A DNA stretch of 64,000 nt, from NCBI GenBank assembly GCA_965222395.1, contig OZ244947.1:3661452-3725451 (forward strand), written 5' to 3'. This stretch comes from Rhodospirillales bacterium. Lineage in GTDB: Bacteria; Pseudomonadota; Alphaproteobacteria; Rhodospirillales; Casp-alpha2. Of the stretch, positions 49,850 through 59,742 are shown one piece after another. Position 1 is the stretch's first letter. Each line of letters opens with the position of its first letter. The translations under genes were made by a program, and so were the position numbers. The notes under the pieces are model-generated. The model did not search any database. It saw only the letters and a program-made list of their open reading frames with translations, and was not told the origin of the DNA.

Positions 49850-50758
49850 ATGACAGCTCCAAGCTTTGCGGATCATGACGGCAAGATCTGGTTCAACGGC
49901 GAAATGGTGGATTGGAAAGACGCCAACGTCCACGTCTTAACCCATGGACTTCACTACGCGTCGTCGGTGTTTGAGGGAGAGCGGATGTATAGCGGCGCTA
50001 TCTTCAAACTGCGCGAACATACGGAACGACTGTTCTTTTCCGCCCGCGAACTCGGGTTCGAGATTCCCTATTCGCTTGAGGAGATCGACAATGCGTCAAT
50101 CCAGGCATGTCGCGTAAATGGCATTACGAACGGGTATGTGCGTCCGGTTGCCTGGCGCGGTAGCGAGATGATGGGCGTGTCTGCGCAATCCAACAAGATC
50201 AATGTCGCGATTGCGGCGTGGGAGTGGCCGTCCTATTTCTCGCCTGAGGCGCGGACCAAGGGCATCAGTCTCCAGTTGTCGAAATGGAAGCGCCCGAGCC
50301 CGGAAACGGAACCTGTCCATGCCAAGGCCGCCGGCCTGTATATGATCTGTACGCTATCCAAGCATCAGGCCGAAGCGGATGGACATCAAGATGCCCTGAT
50401 GCTGGATTGGCGCGGGCAAGTCGCCGAAGCGACGGGCGCCAATATCTTTTTCTTGATGCCGGACGGAAAACTGCACACGCCGACGCCGGATTGCTTCCTG
50501 GACGGTATTACCCGTCGAACCGTGATCGACCTTGCTCGTCAACAAGGGATCGACGTCGTCGAACGCGCGATCATGCCGGAGGAAATGGCCGATGCGCAGG
50601 AGTGTTTCTTGACCGGAACCGCGGCAGAAGTGACACCGGTCGGTCAGATCGTTGGACCCGATTTCACCTTTAGCTTTACGCCCGGTGATCTATCCCATCG
50701 ATTGATGGATGCCTATGACATCGCTGTCGGCAAGAAAGCGGCGGATGCCGCGGCTTGA
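49850..50758 (+). CDS. ilvE: Branched-chain-amino-acid aminotransferase (fold type IV)
   Basis: It carries LHYASSVFEGERMY, the PLP-lysine region HAKAAGLYM, and the GITR and FLTGTAAEVTPV blocks. Confidence 0.9.
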   Translation: MTAPSFADHDGKIWFNGEMVDWKDANVHVLTHGLHYASSVFEGERMYSGAIFKLREHTERLFFSARELGFEIPYSLEEIDNASIQACRVNGITNGYVRPVAWRGSEMMGVSAQSNKINVAIAAWEWPSYFSPEARTKGISLQLSKWKRPSPETEPVHAKAAGLYMICTLSKHQAEADGHQDALMLDWRGQVAEATGANIFFLMPDGKLHTPTPDCFLDGITRRTVIDLARQQGIDVVERAIMPEEMADAQECFLTGTAAEVTPVGQIVGPDFTFSFTPGDLSHRLMDAYDIAVGKKAADAAA

Positions 50759-50820
50759 TTGCCGGCCCGGGTGCAGGCGATTGATTTAGAGCAATGAATG
50801 ATGGGATATGTGCGACTAGG

Positions 50821-50848
50821 CTCTCCTTGCCATAAGGAGGGTCTTTTT
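50821..50848 (+). terminator. Terminator-like hairpin after ilvE that also contains the SD of the FNT gene
   Basis: CTCTCCTT-gccat-AAGGAGGG forms an 8-bp stem with one G.U pair, followed by TCTTTTT. The 3' arm AAGGAGG sits 10-16 nt upstream of the FNT ATG at 50851. Confidence 0.45.
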
Positions 50849-50850
50849 GC

Positions 50851-51657
50851 ATGTCCGATCAACGGATTAATCCGACGGGTATTGATGCCTACGCACCGGT
50901 CGAGATAGCGGCACGAATTGAAACCGCAGGCGTCACGAAAGCACGGTTGGACGCCTTTAAGACCCTGATCCTCGCCTCCTTGGCCGGAGCATTTATCGCG
51001 TTTGGAGGAATGCTGTTCACCTTGGTCATGACGGAGCACGGGCTTGGCCTGGGGCCTAGCCGCTTGTTGGGCGGCGTGGCCTTTTCTCTTGGGTTGATTC
51101 TTGTGGTGATTGCCGGGGCAGAACTTTTCACTGGGAACAATCTCATTGTCATGGCCTGGGCGGACGGCAAGGTCACGTTCCTGGAAATGATGCGCAATTG
51201 GGGTTTGGTGTTCGTGGGAAACATCGCCGGGTCCATCGCTATGGCGATCTTGGTTGTGGCTTCCGGAACTTTGGATATCGGCGCCGGTGCCGTCGCCAAA
51301 ACGGCGATGGGCATCGCCTCAGCCAAAGTTCAGATCCCCGCAGCCGAGGCATTCTACCGCGGGGTGTTATGCAACACCTTGGTATGTCTTGCGGTTTGGC
51401 TCTGCTTTGCCGCCCATACCGTGCCCGGAAAAATCATGGCGATCGTACCGCCCATCGCAGCGTTCGTGGCGTTGGGGTTCGAGCACTCCATCGCCAATGC
51501 CTACTTGATGCCGGTGGGTTACATGATGGGGGCCGAGGGTGTCACGATCTCGGCGATGATTGGCAATCTGTTTCCCGTCACATTGGGTAACATTGTTGGC
51601 GGTAGCGTGTTTGTGGCGCTCGTATATTGGATGGTTTATGGCCGTGCCGGAAATTGA
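50851..51657 (+). CDS. Formate/nitrite transporter (FNT) family channel
   Basis: It has six TM helices and FNT blocks: GAELFTGNN, LVCLAVW and GFEHSIANAY. Confidence 0.85.
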   Translation: MSDQRINPTGIDAYAPVEIAARIETAGVTKARLDAFKTLILASLAGAFIAFGGMLFTLVMTEHGLGLGPSRLLGGVAFSLGLILVVIAGAELFTGNNLIVMAWADGKVTFLEMMRNWGLVFVGNIAGSIAMAILVVASGTLDIGAGAVAKTAMGIASAKVQIPAAEAFYRGVLCNTLVCLAVWLCFAAHTVPGKIMAIVPPIAAFVALGFEHSIANAYLMPVGYMMGAEGVTISAMIGNLFPVTLGNIVGGSVFVALVYWMVYGRAGN

Positions 51658-52072
51658 TCTGTCGGGTTTTATCGCTGCGCAGGACAAAGTATGGCCTCAG
51701 GTCATGGCGGAACTCAAAGATGGCCGCAAACGCACCCATTGGATGTGGTTCGTATTCCCGCAAATCGCCGGACTGGGGAAAAGCCCGACATCACGGAAGT
51801 ACGCCATTCCGTCGTTAGCGGGAGCGACGACGTACCTTGCCCATCCGGTACTTGGGCCGCGATTGATCGATGCCACGCGTGCTGCGCTTCGCCATCAAGA
51901 CAAACAACCTGACGATATCTTCGGCCCCGTCGACGCGATGAAATTCCGTTCGTCGATGACTTTGTTCAATATGGTGCCGCTCGCAAATTCCGAGTTTTCC
52001 AAGGCGCTGGAGGTGTTCTTTGACGGCGAGGATGATCCGCAGACCGTTGCGGCAATCGTTGCTCAGAAATGA
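51638..52072 (+). CDS. DUF1810-family protein
   Basis: ATG at 51638 is 20 bp inside the FNT gene. The strongly family-typical block is FIAAQDKVWPQVMAELKDGRKRTHWMWFVFPQIAGLGKSPTSRKYAI...AMKFRSSMTLF. Confidence 0.7.
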   Translation: MAVPEIDLSGFIAAQDKVWPQVMAELKDGRKRTHWMWFVFPQIAGLGKSPTSRKYAIPSLAGATTYLAHPVLGPRLIDATRAALRHQDKQPDDIFGPVDAMKFRSSMTLFNMVPLANSEFSKALEVFFDGEDDPQTVAAIVAQK

Positions 52073-52833
52073 TCTTTCCGTCGCCGCGTTTCAGCGAAAA
52101 CATCGACGATATCCGCGCCTGGCATGCCCAATGTTTCCTGTAAATCTCTGCTGGACGGTCGAAGGAAGGGATTGGTTGCACGTTCCTGACCCAAGGTCGA
52201 AGGCACGGTTGGAATGCCATTTGCGCGTTTTTCGTCGACGTCGCGCATAAGATCCTGCAGCGCCTGGTTTTGTGGCTCGACGGTCAAGGCGAAACGCCCG
52301 TTGGACTGCGTGTATTCATGCGCGCAGTAAACGCGGGTCCGGTCCGGTAATGCATCAAATTTCGCCAGAGAGGTTACCATTTGTGCCGGTGTGCCCTCGA
52401 ACAGTCGACCGCATCCCATCACAAACAACGTATCGCCGCAAAACAACGCGTCCGACTCGTCGAACCAATAGGCGATATGCCCGCGTGTGTGGCCTGGAAC
52501 GTCAAAAACCGAGGCGACGGCATTGCCGAGGGCATAAGTCTCGCCATCACCGACTTCGACGTCTATGCCGGGGATCCGGTCCCGGTCGGCACGTGGACCG
52601 ACGATAGTACAGTTCGTTTTCTGTTTGATTTCCAGGTTGCCGCCCGTGTGATCGGCATGGTGATGGGTATTAAGAATATGCGTCAGGGCCCAGCCGGTTC
52701 TGTCGAGGGCATCGAAGACCGGTTCTGTCACCGCCGGATCGACAACAGCCGTTTGGCCGGACTCCGGACAATGCGCCAGATATACGTAATTGTCGCTGAG
52801 AACGGGAATTTGTTCGATCTTCAAGTGGCTCAT
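52063..52833 (-). CDS. gloB: Hydroxyacylglutathione hydrolase (glyoxalase II)
   Basis: It has the metallo-beta-lactamase motif THHHADHTGG, the HTRGH block and the C-terminal HAGH domain. Its 3' end overlaps the DUF1810 3' end by 10 bp (convergent). Confidence 0.9.
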   Translation of the reverse strand: MSHLKIEQIPVLSDNYVYLAHCPESGQTAVVDPAVTEPVFDALDRTGWALTHILNTHHHADHTGGNLEIKQKTNCTIVGPRADRDRIPGIDVEVGDGETYALGNAVASVFDVPGHTRGHIAYWFDESDALFCGDTLFVMGCGRLFEGTPAQMVTSLAKFDALPDRTRVYCAHEYTQSNGRFALTVEPQNQALQDLMRDVDEKRANGIPTVPSTLGQERATNPFLRPSSRDLQETLGMPGADIVDVFAETRRRKDHF

Positions 52834-52855
52834 AACCCGGCTCCTAAAACGTTGA

Positions 52856-52878
52856 GACCCCGCCGTTGGCGGGGTCTT
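52856..52878 (-). terminator. Intrinsic-terminator-like hairpin downstream of trxA
   Basis: On the minus strand, GACCCCGCC-aacg-GCGGGGTC forms a 9/8-bp GC stem followed by TCAACGTTTT. It lies 26 nt after the trxA stop and before the gloB start. Confidence 0.5.
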
Positions 52879-52903
52879 GTGGTCTTCGCCCCCTCAACGT
52901 GGC

Positions 52904-53221
52904 TTAGAGGTTTTGCTCGATCCACTGAACGAGTTGGCTTTTCGGCAACGCGCCGACCTTGGTATCCGCCACTTCACCGTTCTTGAACAGCATCAAGGTC
53001 GGAATGCCACGCACGCCATAGGTGCTAGGGGTTTGCGGATTCTCATCGATATTGATCTTGGCGATCGTCACCTGGCCTCCCATTTCATTGGAGATTTCTT
53101 CCAATGCCGGCGCGATTTGTTTGCACGGCCCGCACCACTCGGCCCAGAAATCGACGACGACGGGGCCGGACGCCGAAAGGACATCGGAATCGAATGAGCT
53201 GTCTGTTACTTGCTTGGTCAT
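52904..53221 (-). CDS. trxA: Thioredoxin
   Basis: ATG at 53221. The 105-aa product carries the canonical [12 protein letters not shown] active site. Confidence 0.9.
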   Translation of the reverse strand: MTKQVTDSSFDSDVLSASGPVVVDFWAEWCGPCKQIAPALEEISNEMGGQVTIAKINIDENPQTPSTYGVRGIPTLMLFKNGEVADTKVGALPKSQLVQWIEQNL

Positions 53222-53318
53222 TGGGGTTCCCCTCAAAGTGTATTCCATGATGCGGGCAAGGTGCCGCGCTATCTGCATCTCGTGTGTGCAGAGAATCTAG
53301 GTAGACACCCATACCCCG

Positions 53319-56300
53319 TCAAGGTGCGTGACGGTCCAGTAGCTGTTCCGGCAGTTCCATCCACCTGGGCCCGTCCGTCCACAATAGCACAGCGCGAACC
53401 GACTTCTCAGGGTGCACGGACTTGAGCGCGGCACGATAGACGGCCATCTGTCGGAGATACTGGCTGGCGACGTCAGTCACCTTCGTCGGCGGTGGTCGGT
53501 TGGTCTTGTAATCGACGATGATGACCTCACGCTCGTTCATGACCAACCGGTCGATTTGGCCGGAAACCACGCGAGTGCCGTCGGAGGTCGTAATGCTGCC
53601 GATGATCGGCACCTCAGCGAAGGAGCCTTCCGAGAAGACTGCGTCCAGTTCAGGCGCTTCGATGATGGCCATCGTTTCATCCACGAGCGAGTTTCGGCTT
53701 TCGGCGTCAAGGCCATGAACGGTCGCCGAGGCATAGGCCAAGGCGGCAGCACGTCGACGTGCTGGCGCTAAATCGGGCAACGTTTGCAGAAGGGCATGGA
53801 CCATTAGGCCGCGTTTGAACCGGTTGCCGTCGTCATGACGCAAAGGCGGATACACGGGTGGTTCTTCACCCTCGGGCCGGGACGGCGCGAGGGGCCTGGG
53901 GGGCGAAGGTTCTGCCGCGGGAGACGCTGTCGCCCAAGTCGGCAGATCGCTCGTGCTGTCCTCGGTCATCGCATCGGATAGGGGGCGCCCTTCGGGAGGC
54001 GCTGATTGCGGTTCGCTGTAGACCAGATGCCCTGTTTCCTCCGTTTCCGAGATACCCATGCCTTTCAGAGCCGACCGGATCATGTCGTGCCATGATGTGG
54101 TCGAGGCGTCGCGTTTCCCGGCAAACCCGGCGATATACAGGCGGTCTTTTGCCCGGGTCATCGCTACGTACAGTAACCTGCGGTACTCCTCTAGAGCGGC
54201 CTCGCGCGCCTCGTCCTTGGCATGGCGCACGTCCGATGTGGCGTTATCGCTATATGCGGGCCAGACCGGAACGCTGCCATGGTCCATCCAGTGGATTCGC
54301 TGGTCCGTTTGCGCGGCGGGTACGGTGCATGCATCGGCGATGAACACGATCTCCGCTTGCAGACCCTTGGCCCCATGAACGGTCATCACTCGAACTTCAT
54401 TGCGGCCCTGTTCCAAATCCCTTTTGACCTCAGCGGCGCCGGTTTCCAACCAATGCAGGAAACCTTCAAGCGAGGGGACGTGGTCGCGTTCGTAGTCCAG
54501 CGCGGCAGTCAGGAAGTCGTCGATGGGATCCGCGGCCTCGGGCCCGAGGTTGCCCAGTAGCGCCGCTCGCCCGCCCTCGGCATTGAGAATCCGTGAATAA
54601 AATTCAAAGGGTGGTGTCAGGTCGGCACGGTGCCGCCAGTTCGAAATACGTTGAAACGCCGTCGCAAAATCCGGTTTTTCAGATGCGCGAGCCGACAAGA
54701 CGTCAATCAAACGACCGTCGCGGCCATGAGCAAGGTCGTAAAGTGCCTCCTCGGAAAGTCCGATCAAAGGGCCCTTGAGGACAACGGCGGTGTTCAAATC
54801 GTCTTCCGGCAGCAGGGTCAACCGGCCGAGTGCGATCAAATCTTGAATCGCCAATTGATCGGGCAGAATCATTCGGTCACGCCCCGATACGGGGATGTTC
54901 AAATCCTTGAGTTTCGCGACCATAAGCTCGGCGAAACGCCGCCGTTTCTGCACCAAAATCATGATGTCGCCGGGCTGCACGGCGCGGCCCTGGGCTTCGA
55001 GAACTTCACCTGTTTCGAGCCATCGATGAATCGTATTTGCGATGTTCGTCGCCACCCGGTCTTCCGGGCTGTCGGCGGCGACGCGATCAAGCGGCGCGTC
55101 CCATGGCTCTTGGTCTTTATCGTGTTCGTCCGGCGCTTCTTTTGGCCAGACTGTCACGGACCCGGCTTGGCCCGATCGGGCAGAAATGTGGCGAACCGGT
55201 TTGTCGTCAAAACTGAGGCCCGACGACGCATCGGGATTGTCGAAGACCTTGTCGACGATGTTCAGGATCGCCGGCGCAGACCGGAAACTTTCGGCCATTT
55301 CGACCGGCTTCCAAAGTCGGTCAACAGCTGTGACGCGCGCCGCAAATCGTCGCCGCATATCGCCGAACATGGCGGGTTCAGCACCCTGAAAACTGTAAAT
55401 CGATTGTTTCTCGTCACCGACGGCAAACACCGTCCGGGGTCGGTCGCTTGTCTCCTCATAGCGACCCTTGCCGGCGAAGAAGTCCGACGCGACTTCTTCA
55501 ATGACACGCCATTGATCGGGGCTTGTATCTTGGGCTTCGTCAACCAGCACATGCTCGATCCCGCCATCCAGCTTGAAGTGCACCCAACTCACGCCGCCTG
55601 GGCTCGACAGCAGCATGGACGCACGTTCAATCAAATCGTCATAATCCAATCGGCCTCGTTGGGCCTTGATGGACTCGTATGCCTCGATCAACGAAGCACC
55701 CACCCGCACCAGCGCCTTGGTTGCTTCCGCCGTATTGACGGCGCGTAACTGCTCTAAGATTTCCAAGCACATTGCCCCCATCTGCAGGGCAAGGTCCAAG
55801 GCACCTGGGTCGAATGCATCGGCGCCCTTCGACATCAGTGTCCGTTCGGCTTTCAGCGCACCGGCGGCTGTTAGGAACTGCCCAGCGAAATGATCGCGCC
55901 AGTGGGGGATTCGCTGGTCGGGCGATAAGGCCAGCCACGACTGCACGGCTTCGGCGGACCCGACATTGGTCTTGCTGCCCTCGGCCCAGGCGGCGCAAAG
56001 GCGGGTTAGATTGTCGACGATGTCATCGTCAAGCGTACACGCCTCACACAACACGTCGTTGGTGGTGCGGTCACGCGGAACACCCAAGACTGCGTACGTG
56101 GCGTCGATCAAGCCGTCGACGCCCCCATGTTGCTGTAACGCACTGCGGAAAGTGGACCTGGAACTGTCCAATTCTCGCATTAAATCGGCGAAGCGGGTCT
56201 CGTCGACAAGCGCAGCGAGCCCAGCCAAGGCGTCCGCCAACGAGCTTCCGCGCCCGTCGCCGACGGACAGCATAGCGTCGCGTGCTTCGCGCTGCAGCTC

Positions 56301-56765
56301 GCGCTGGTCGCGGTCATCCATAACCCGGAAATCCGGAGAGACCCGCGCTTCAAGGGGGAACCGGCCGAGCAAGGATTCGCAGAACGAATGAATTGTTCGG
56401 ATCCGTAATCCTTCCGGTGCATCGAGGGTCATCGCGAACAGGCGCTTCGCCCGGGCGAGCCGGTCTTCGTCGATCTCGGTTTCGCCCAAGGCGATCAACT
56501 CAGCGGTTAAGGTCTCCTCGTCCATTGCCGACCAACTGCTCAGCAGATCGGCGAGGCGGTTCGCCATTTCGGCCGCCGCCGCTTTGGTGAAGGTCAGACA
56601 TAAAATGCGCTCCGGCGGGACGCCGGTCAGCAACAAGCGGGAAATACGGTCGACCAGAACCCCGGTCTTTCCGGTGCCGGCGTTGGCCGAAACCCAGACC
56701 GAGGCATCCGGAGTTGCCGCCGTAATCTGATAGGAAGTGCGATTGCGGACGCTAGGGGCGCTCAT
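53319..56765 (-). CDS. addA: Double-strand-break repair helicase-nuclease subunit AddA
   Basis: 1148 aa with UvrD-type motifs (ANAGTGKTGVL, VDEAQDTSP, SFRS) and a C-terminal RecB-type nuclease block, GQIDRLV...IIVDYKT. Confidence 0.9.
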   Translation of the reverse strand: MSAPSVRNRTSYQITAATPDASVWVSANAGTGKTGVLVDRISRLLLTGVPPERILCLTFTKAAAAEMANRLADLLSSWSAMDEETLTAELIALGETEIDEDRLARAKRLFAMTLDAPEGLRIRTIHSFCESLLGRFPLEARVSPDFRVMDDRDQRELQREARDAMLSVGDGRGSSLADALAGLAALVDETRFADLMRELDSSRSTFRSALQQHGGVDGLIDATYAVLGVPRDRTTNDVLCEACTLDDDIVDNLTRLCAAWAEGSKTNVGSAEAVQSWLALSPDQRIPHWRDHFAGQFLTAAGALKAERTLMSKGADAFDPGALDLALQMGAMCLEILEQLRAVNTAEATKALVRVGASLIEAYESIKAQRGRLDYDDLIERASMLLSSPGGVSWVHFKLDGGIEHVLVDEAQDTSPDQWRVIEEVASDFFAGKGRYEETSDRPRTVFAVGDEKQSIYSFQGAEPAMFGDMRRRFAARVTAVDRLWKPVEMAESFRSAPAILNIVDKVFDNPDASSGLSFDDKPVRHISARSGQAGSVTVWPKEAPDEHDKDQEPWDAPLDRVAADSPEDRVATNIANTIHRWLETGEVLEAQGRAVQPGDIMILVQKRRRFAELMVAKLKDLNIPVSGRDRMILPDQLAIQDLIALGRLTLLPEDDLNTAVVLKGPLIGLSEEALYDLAHGRDGRLIDVLSARASEKPDFATAFQRISNWRHRADLTPPFEFYSRILNAEGGRAALLGNLGPEAADPIDDFLTAALDYERDHVPSLEGFLHWLETGAAEVKRDLEQGRNEVRVMTVHGAKGLQAEIVFIADACTVPAAQTDQRIHWMDHGSVPVWPAYSDNATSDVRHAKDEAREAALEEYRRLLYVAMTRAKDRLYIAGFAGKRDASTTSWHDMIRSALKGMGISETEETGHLVYSEPQSAPPEGRPLSDAMTEDSTSDLPTWATASPAAEPSPPRPLAPSRPEGEEPPVYPPLRHDDGNRFKRGLMVHALLQTLPDLAPARRRAAALAYASATVHGLDAESRNSLVDETMAIIEAPELDAVFSEGSFAEVPIIGSITTSDGTRVVSGQIDRLVMNEREVIIVDYKTNRPPPTKVTDVASQYLRQMAVYRAALKSVHPEKSVRAVLLWTDGPRWMELPEQLLDRHAP

Positions 56766-59737
56766 TCGTCGTCACCCCCGGCCACGCCCCACGCGCCAAC
56801 TCGTGCCAGATGGTCATAATCGCCGAATCGGCTCTCGAATTGTGGCCGCGGTCGCGACAGATATGGTGTTGCCGGATCGGCAAACTTAACGATCAGGCGA
56901 CGCAATCCGGCTAGAGTCCTTTCGGTCGTTTCGGACACGTCGAGCTTGAGCGCCTTTGCGGAACCCGGCGTCCGTCCACCCGACAGTTGAACATACATCA
57001 ATTGTGCTGTCTCTGTCGCCGGAACATCGTCGAAGCCCCCCGTCGCGGCGATGGCGGCTTCCAGCGGAAGCTGCGGACTCAGGCCACTAAGGACTTGTTT
57101 CAACGATGGCGGCTGGCCGGTTTTGTAATCCACCACAGATAGACCGACGTCCGGGCGAAGGTCGATCCGGTCCGGTTTGGCAAAGACCGTGAAGCCGCCC
57201 TCGACGGCGTCGATCGTAAGCTCCCCGAATGACTCGTTCAGTAAGACCTGCCAGCCATCGGCTAGGCGCGATGTCTGCCAATCCACGAACCATGTGGCGA
57301 TCCGTTCGAATCGCGGCCACCAGAATGCCCGAACGCCGGGACGCGCCAGGTGTTCAGCGAATACGCCGCGACCGATTTCCAACAGCTTGGCTTCGGCATT
57401 GCCAGGCATATCCGTCGGGTATGCATGAATGAATTCTTCGAGGGCTGCATGAATCATGATACCGCGATCGGCGGCGCCGGGATCCGCGTCGAGGGGGTCG
57501 AGTATCGACAATCCCAAGATGTGGCGGGCGTAAATGGAATAGGGGTCGCGGATCAAGGTCTCGATCTGCGTCACCGAGAGCCTATTCGGCCGTGCCTCGG
57601 TCGGGGGCGTAGGCCTGGGCGACGCCTGTGGGGTATGCGGCGTGCGATCCAAAGCCAAGGCCCAGTTCAGCCACGTGCGGGCTTCTCGACCCTCGGCGTC
57701 TTGCGTTAACGCGTCTGGCCGCCCGGCGCGTTGGAGCAGGTTCTCCAGCCGCATCAGCCAACGTGAAGGTACTGTCGGCGTGCCGGCAACCCTGTAGGCG
57801 CGCGTCAGATAGACTTCCGGGGCGGAAAAGGACTGCTGGAAATCGTGTGCTGTCAGGCCCGTCCGCCTTTCCGGCATCTCCAAACCGATGGCGTGCATCA
57901 TAGGGCGACTCATCCAGGGATTGGTCTCAGGCGATGGCGGCCATGTGCCCTCGTTTAATCCGCCGAGAATCACAACGTCGGCGTGCTGTAGGCGTGCTTC
58001 CAACAAACCCCAAATCGATAGCCGCGGATGCATACCATACCGTGGCCGTACGACACGGCCCGATAGCATCTTCTCGAACAACGGCGCGTACGTGGATGCC
58101 GGTAGGTCGCCCAATACCTTCAATGCATCGGCCATTTCCGAGATCACGCCGGCGGCGTCTGTCCCCGCATCGCCGGCCCAAAGACGATCTGTGCCGGCTG
58201 AATCGGCGGTTTTCGCCAAGGCCTCGGCGGTGGCAACGTGTAGATTCAGTATTTCTCGGAGGTCGGTTCGTTCCTGCCGGACAGCTGCGATCAACGGCGA
58301 CAAGACACGATCCAAGATGTCCAACAGCGAACTTAGGCCCGGGGTATCCGCGCCGCCGCCCAGTGCGCTGCGTAAGCCGTCCAACCAAGGTGCGGGTCTG
58401 GGACCGCGAAGCACAGCAATGTCGAGTCTGCGCACGAGGTGCCTGAAGTCCGCTGGTTCGAGCCCTCCGGCGGCCATGGGGTGTTTCAGCAAAGCCAACA
58501 GAGGAACCGGAGCCATTCGCTGGTGGACGGCATCGATCAATAAACGCAGGAAGCTGCCCGTCGGCGTCGCAGCCAATGGGGTGCCGGCGGAATCATCAAT
58601 TTCGATGTCCCAACGGCGCAGCGCGGCCGCGACGCGACGCGCCAAACCGCGATCTGGTGTTACCAGTGCGCAGGTTTTTCCAGGAGCGTCGAGACAGTAA
58701 CGCATGATCAGGGCGATCACGTTCGCTTCGTCGCTGGGGCTGGGGCAATCGATCCTTTGGATGCCTGCCATCGCGGCGTCGATGGTCAGCCCGTCTGGCA
58801 GCGCGATTTCCGGCGCTTCGGCCGGACGCAGGGCCGCCGATAAGATACCGTCCCGATGTTCTGTGTCTGTATACTGGTCATCCAGCGACTGGACATTACG
58901 TCGATCGATATCGAGACGTGCCAGCAATTGGCGCATTCCAAATTGCGGATGCGAAGGTGCCAGCGCTGCCCATGCCGCGTCATCCAGTTGATTGTCCAGG
59001 CCCGGCAAGATGACGGCGCCTTGAGGTAGACCGGCAATCACCGAGAGCAGTTCGGCGGTTGCCGGGATTGAGCCAGTCGACCCGGCGGCGACGATCGGTC
59101 CCGTAGGCGCCTCACGACGCCAAAGGTCCGCTTGTGCACGAAGGAGTGCATTGCGTCGCGCCGGCGGATCAACGGCCCCCTCGGCCGCCAGGATTGCCGG
59201 CCAATGGTCGATAAGGATCTCTAGAAAACGTAGCACTTCTTGCCAATGGACGGCGTAGTCTTCGTGCACCAATGATTTCAACGCGCTGGGGGCGCAATCC
59301 TCGGTAGTCATCCGGTCGAGGAGCTTTGCCAATTCCGCCGCCAACCCCATTGCTTGTTCCGGTTGCAGTTTGTGATCGGGCAGCGCCATCACGGCACGCG
59401 CCAACAGGGCTTGGCGATGAAGATTGGCGATCGCGGGGGGCATGTCGACGGCGGCGCCGCCACCACTGGGCACGCCCGCATCGGCAATTGATAGCTCGTC
59501 TTCGTCAACGTCGCCGATTGGAATAACACGCGGCAACACCATCGCGCCGCCACCGCTTCTGCGAAGAAACGCCTCTGCGAGTGCCCGACCGGCGCGCCGT
59601 GTCGGGAGTAATACACGAATGGATGCAAGCCGCAGCGGATCCCCGTCGGCGATGGTCAGCAGATGTGCCGCGAGCGTGTCCAAGAAATGGGCGCCGCTTG
59701 CAATCGTATACAGTCGCGGCGGTGGACGGTCGAACAT
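56762..59737 (-). CDS. addB: Double-strand-break repair protein AddB
   Basis: ATG at 59737 (MFDRPPPRLYTIASG...). The longer ORF to 59827 would overlap the upstream gene. The C-terminal PD-(D/E)xK block is KPDRIDL...VVDYKTG. An ATGA-type 4-bp overlap joins it to addA. Confidence 0.85.
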   Translation of the reverse strand: MFDRPPPRLYTIASGAHFLDTLAAHLLTIADGDPLRLASIRVLLPTRRAGRALAEAFLRRSGGGAMVLPRVIPIGDVDEDELSIADAGVPSGGGAAVDMPPAIANLHRQALLARAVMALPDHKLQPEQAMGLAAELAKLLDRMTTEDCAPSALKSLVHEDYAVHWQEVLRFLEILIDHWPAILAAEGAVDPPARRNALLRAQADLWRREAPTGPIVAAGSTGSIPATAELLSVIAGLPQGAVILPGLDNQLDDAAWAALAPSHPQFGMRQLLARLDIDRRNVQSLDDQYTDTEHRDGILSAALRPAEAPEIALPDGLTIDAAMAGIQRIDCPSPSDEANVIALIMRYCLDAPGKTCALVTPDRGLARRVAAALRRWDIEIDDSAGTPLAATPTGSFLRLLIDAVHQRMAPVPLLALLKHPMAAGGLEPADFRHLVRRLDIAVLRGPRPAPWLDGLRSALGGGADTPGLSSLLDILDRVLSPLIAAVRQERTDLREILNLHVATAEALAKTADSAGTDRLWAGDAGTDAAGVISEMADALKVLGDLPASTYAPLFEKMLSGRVVRPRYGMHPRLSIWGLLEARLQHADVVILGGLNEGTWPPSPETNPWMSRPMMHAIGLEMPERRTGLTAHDFQQSFSAPEVYLTRAYRVAGTPTVPSRWLMRLENLLQRAGRPDALTQDAEGREARTWLNWALALDRTPHTPQASPRPTPPTEARPNRLSVTQIETLIRDPYSIYARHILGLSILDPLDADPGAADRGIMIHAALEEFIHAYPTDMPGNAEAKLLEIGRGVFAEHLARPGVRAFWWPRFERIATWFVDWQTSRLADGWQVLLNESFGELTIDAVEGGFTVFAKPDRIDLRPDVGLSVVDYKTGQPPSLKQVLSGLSPQLPLEAAIAATGGFDDVPATETAQLMYVQLSGGRTPGSAKALKLDVSETTERTLAGLRRLIVKFADPATPYLSRPRPQFESRFGDYDHLARVGAWGVAGGDDE

Positions 59738-59742
59738 GCCGC

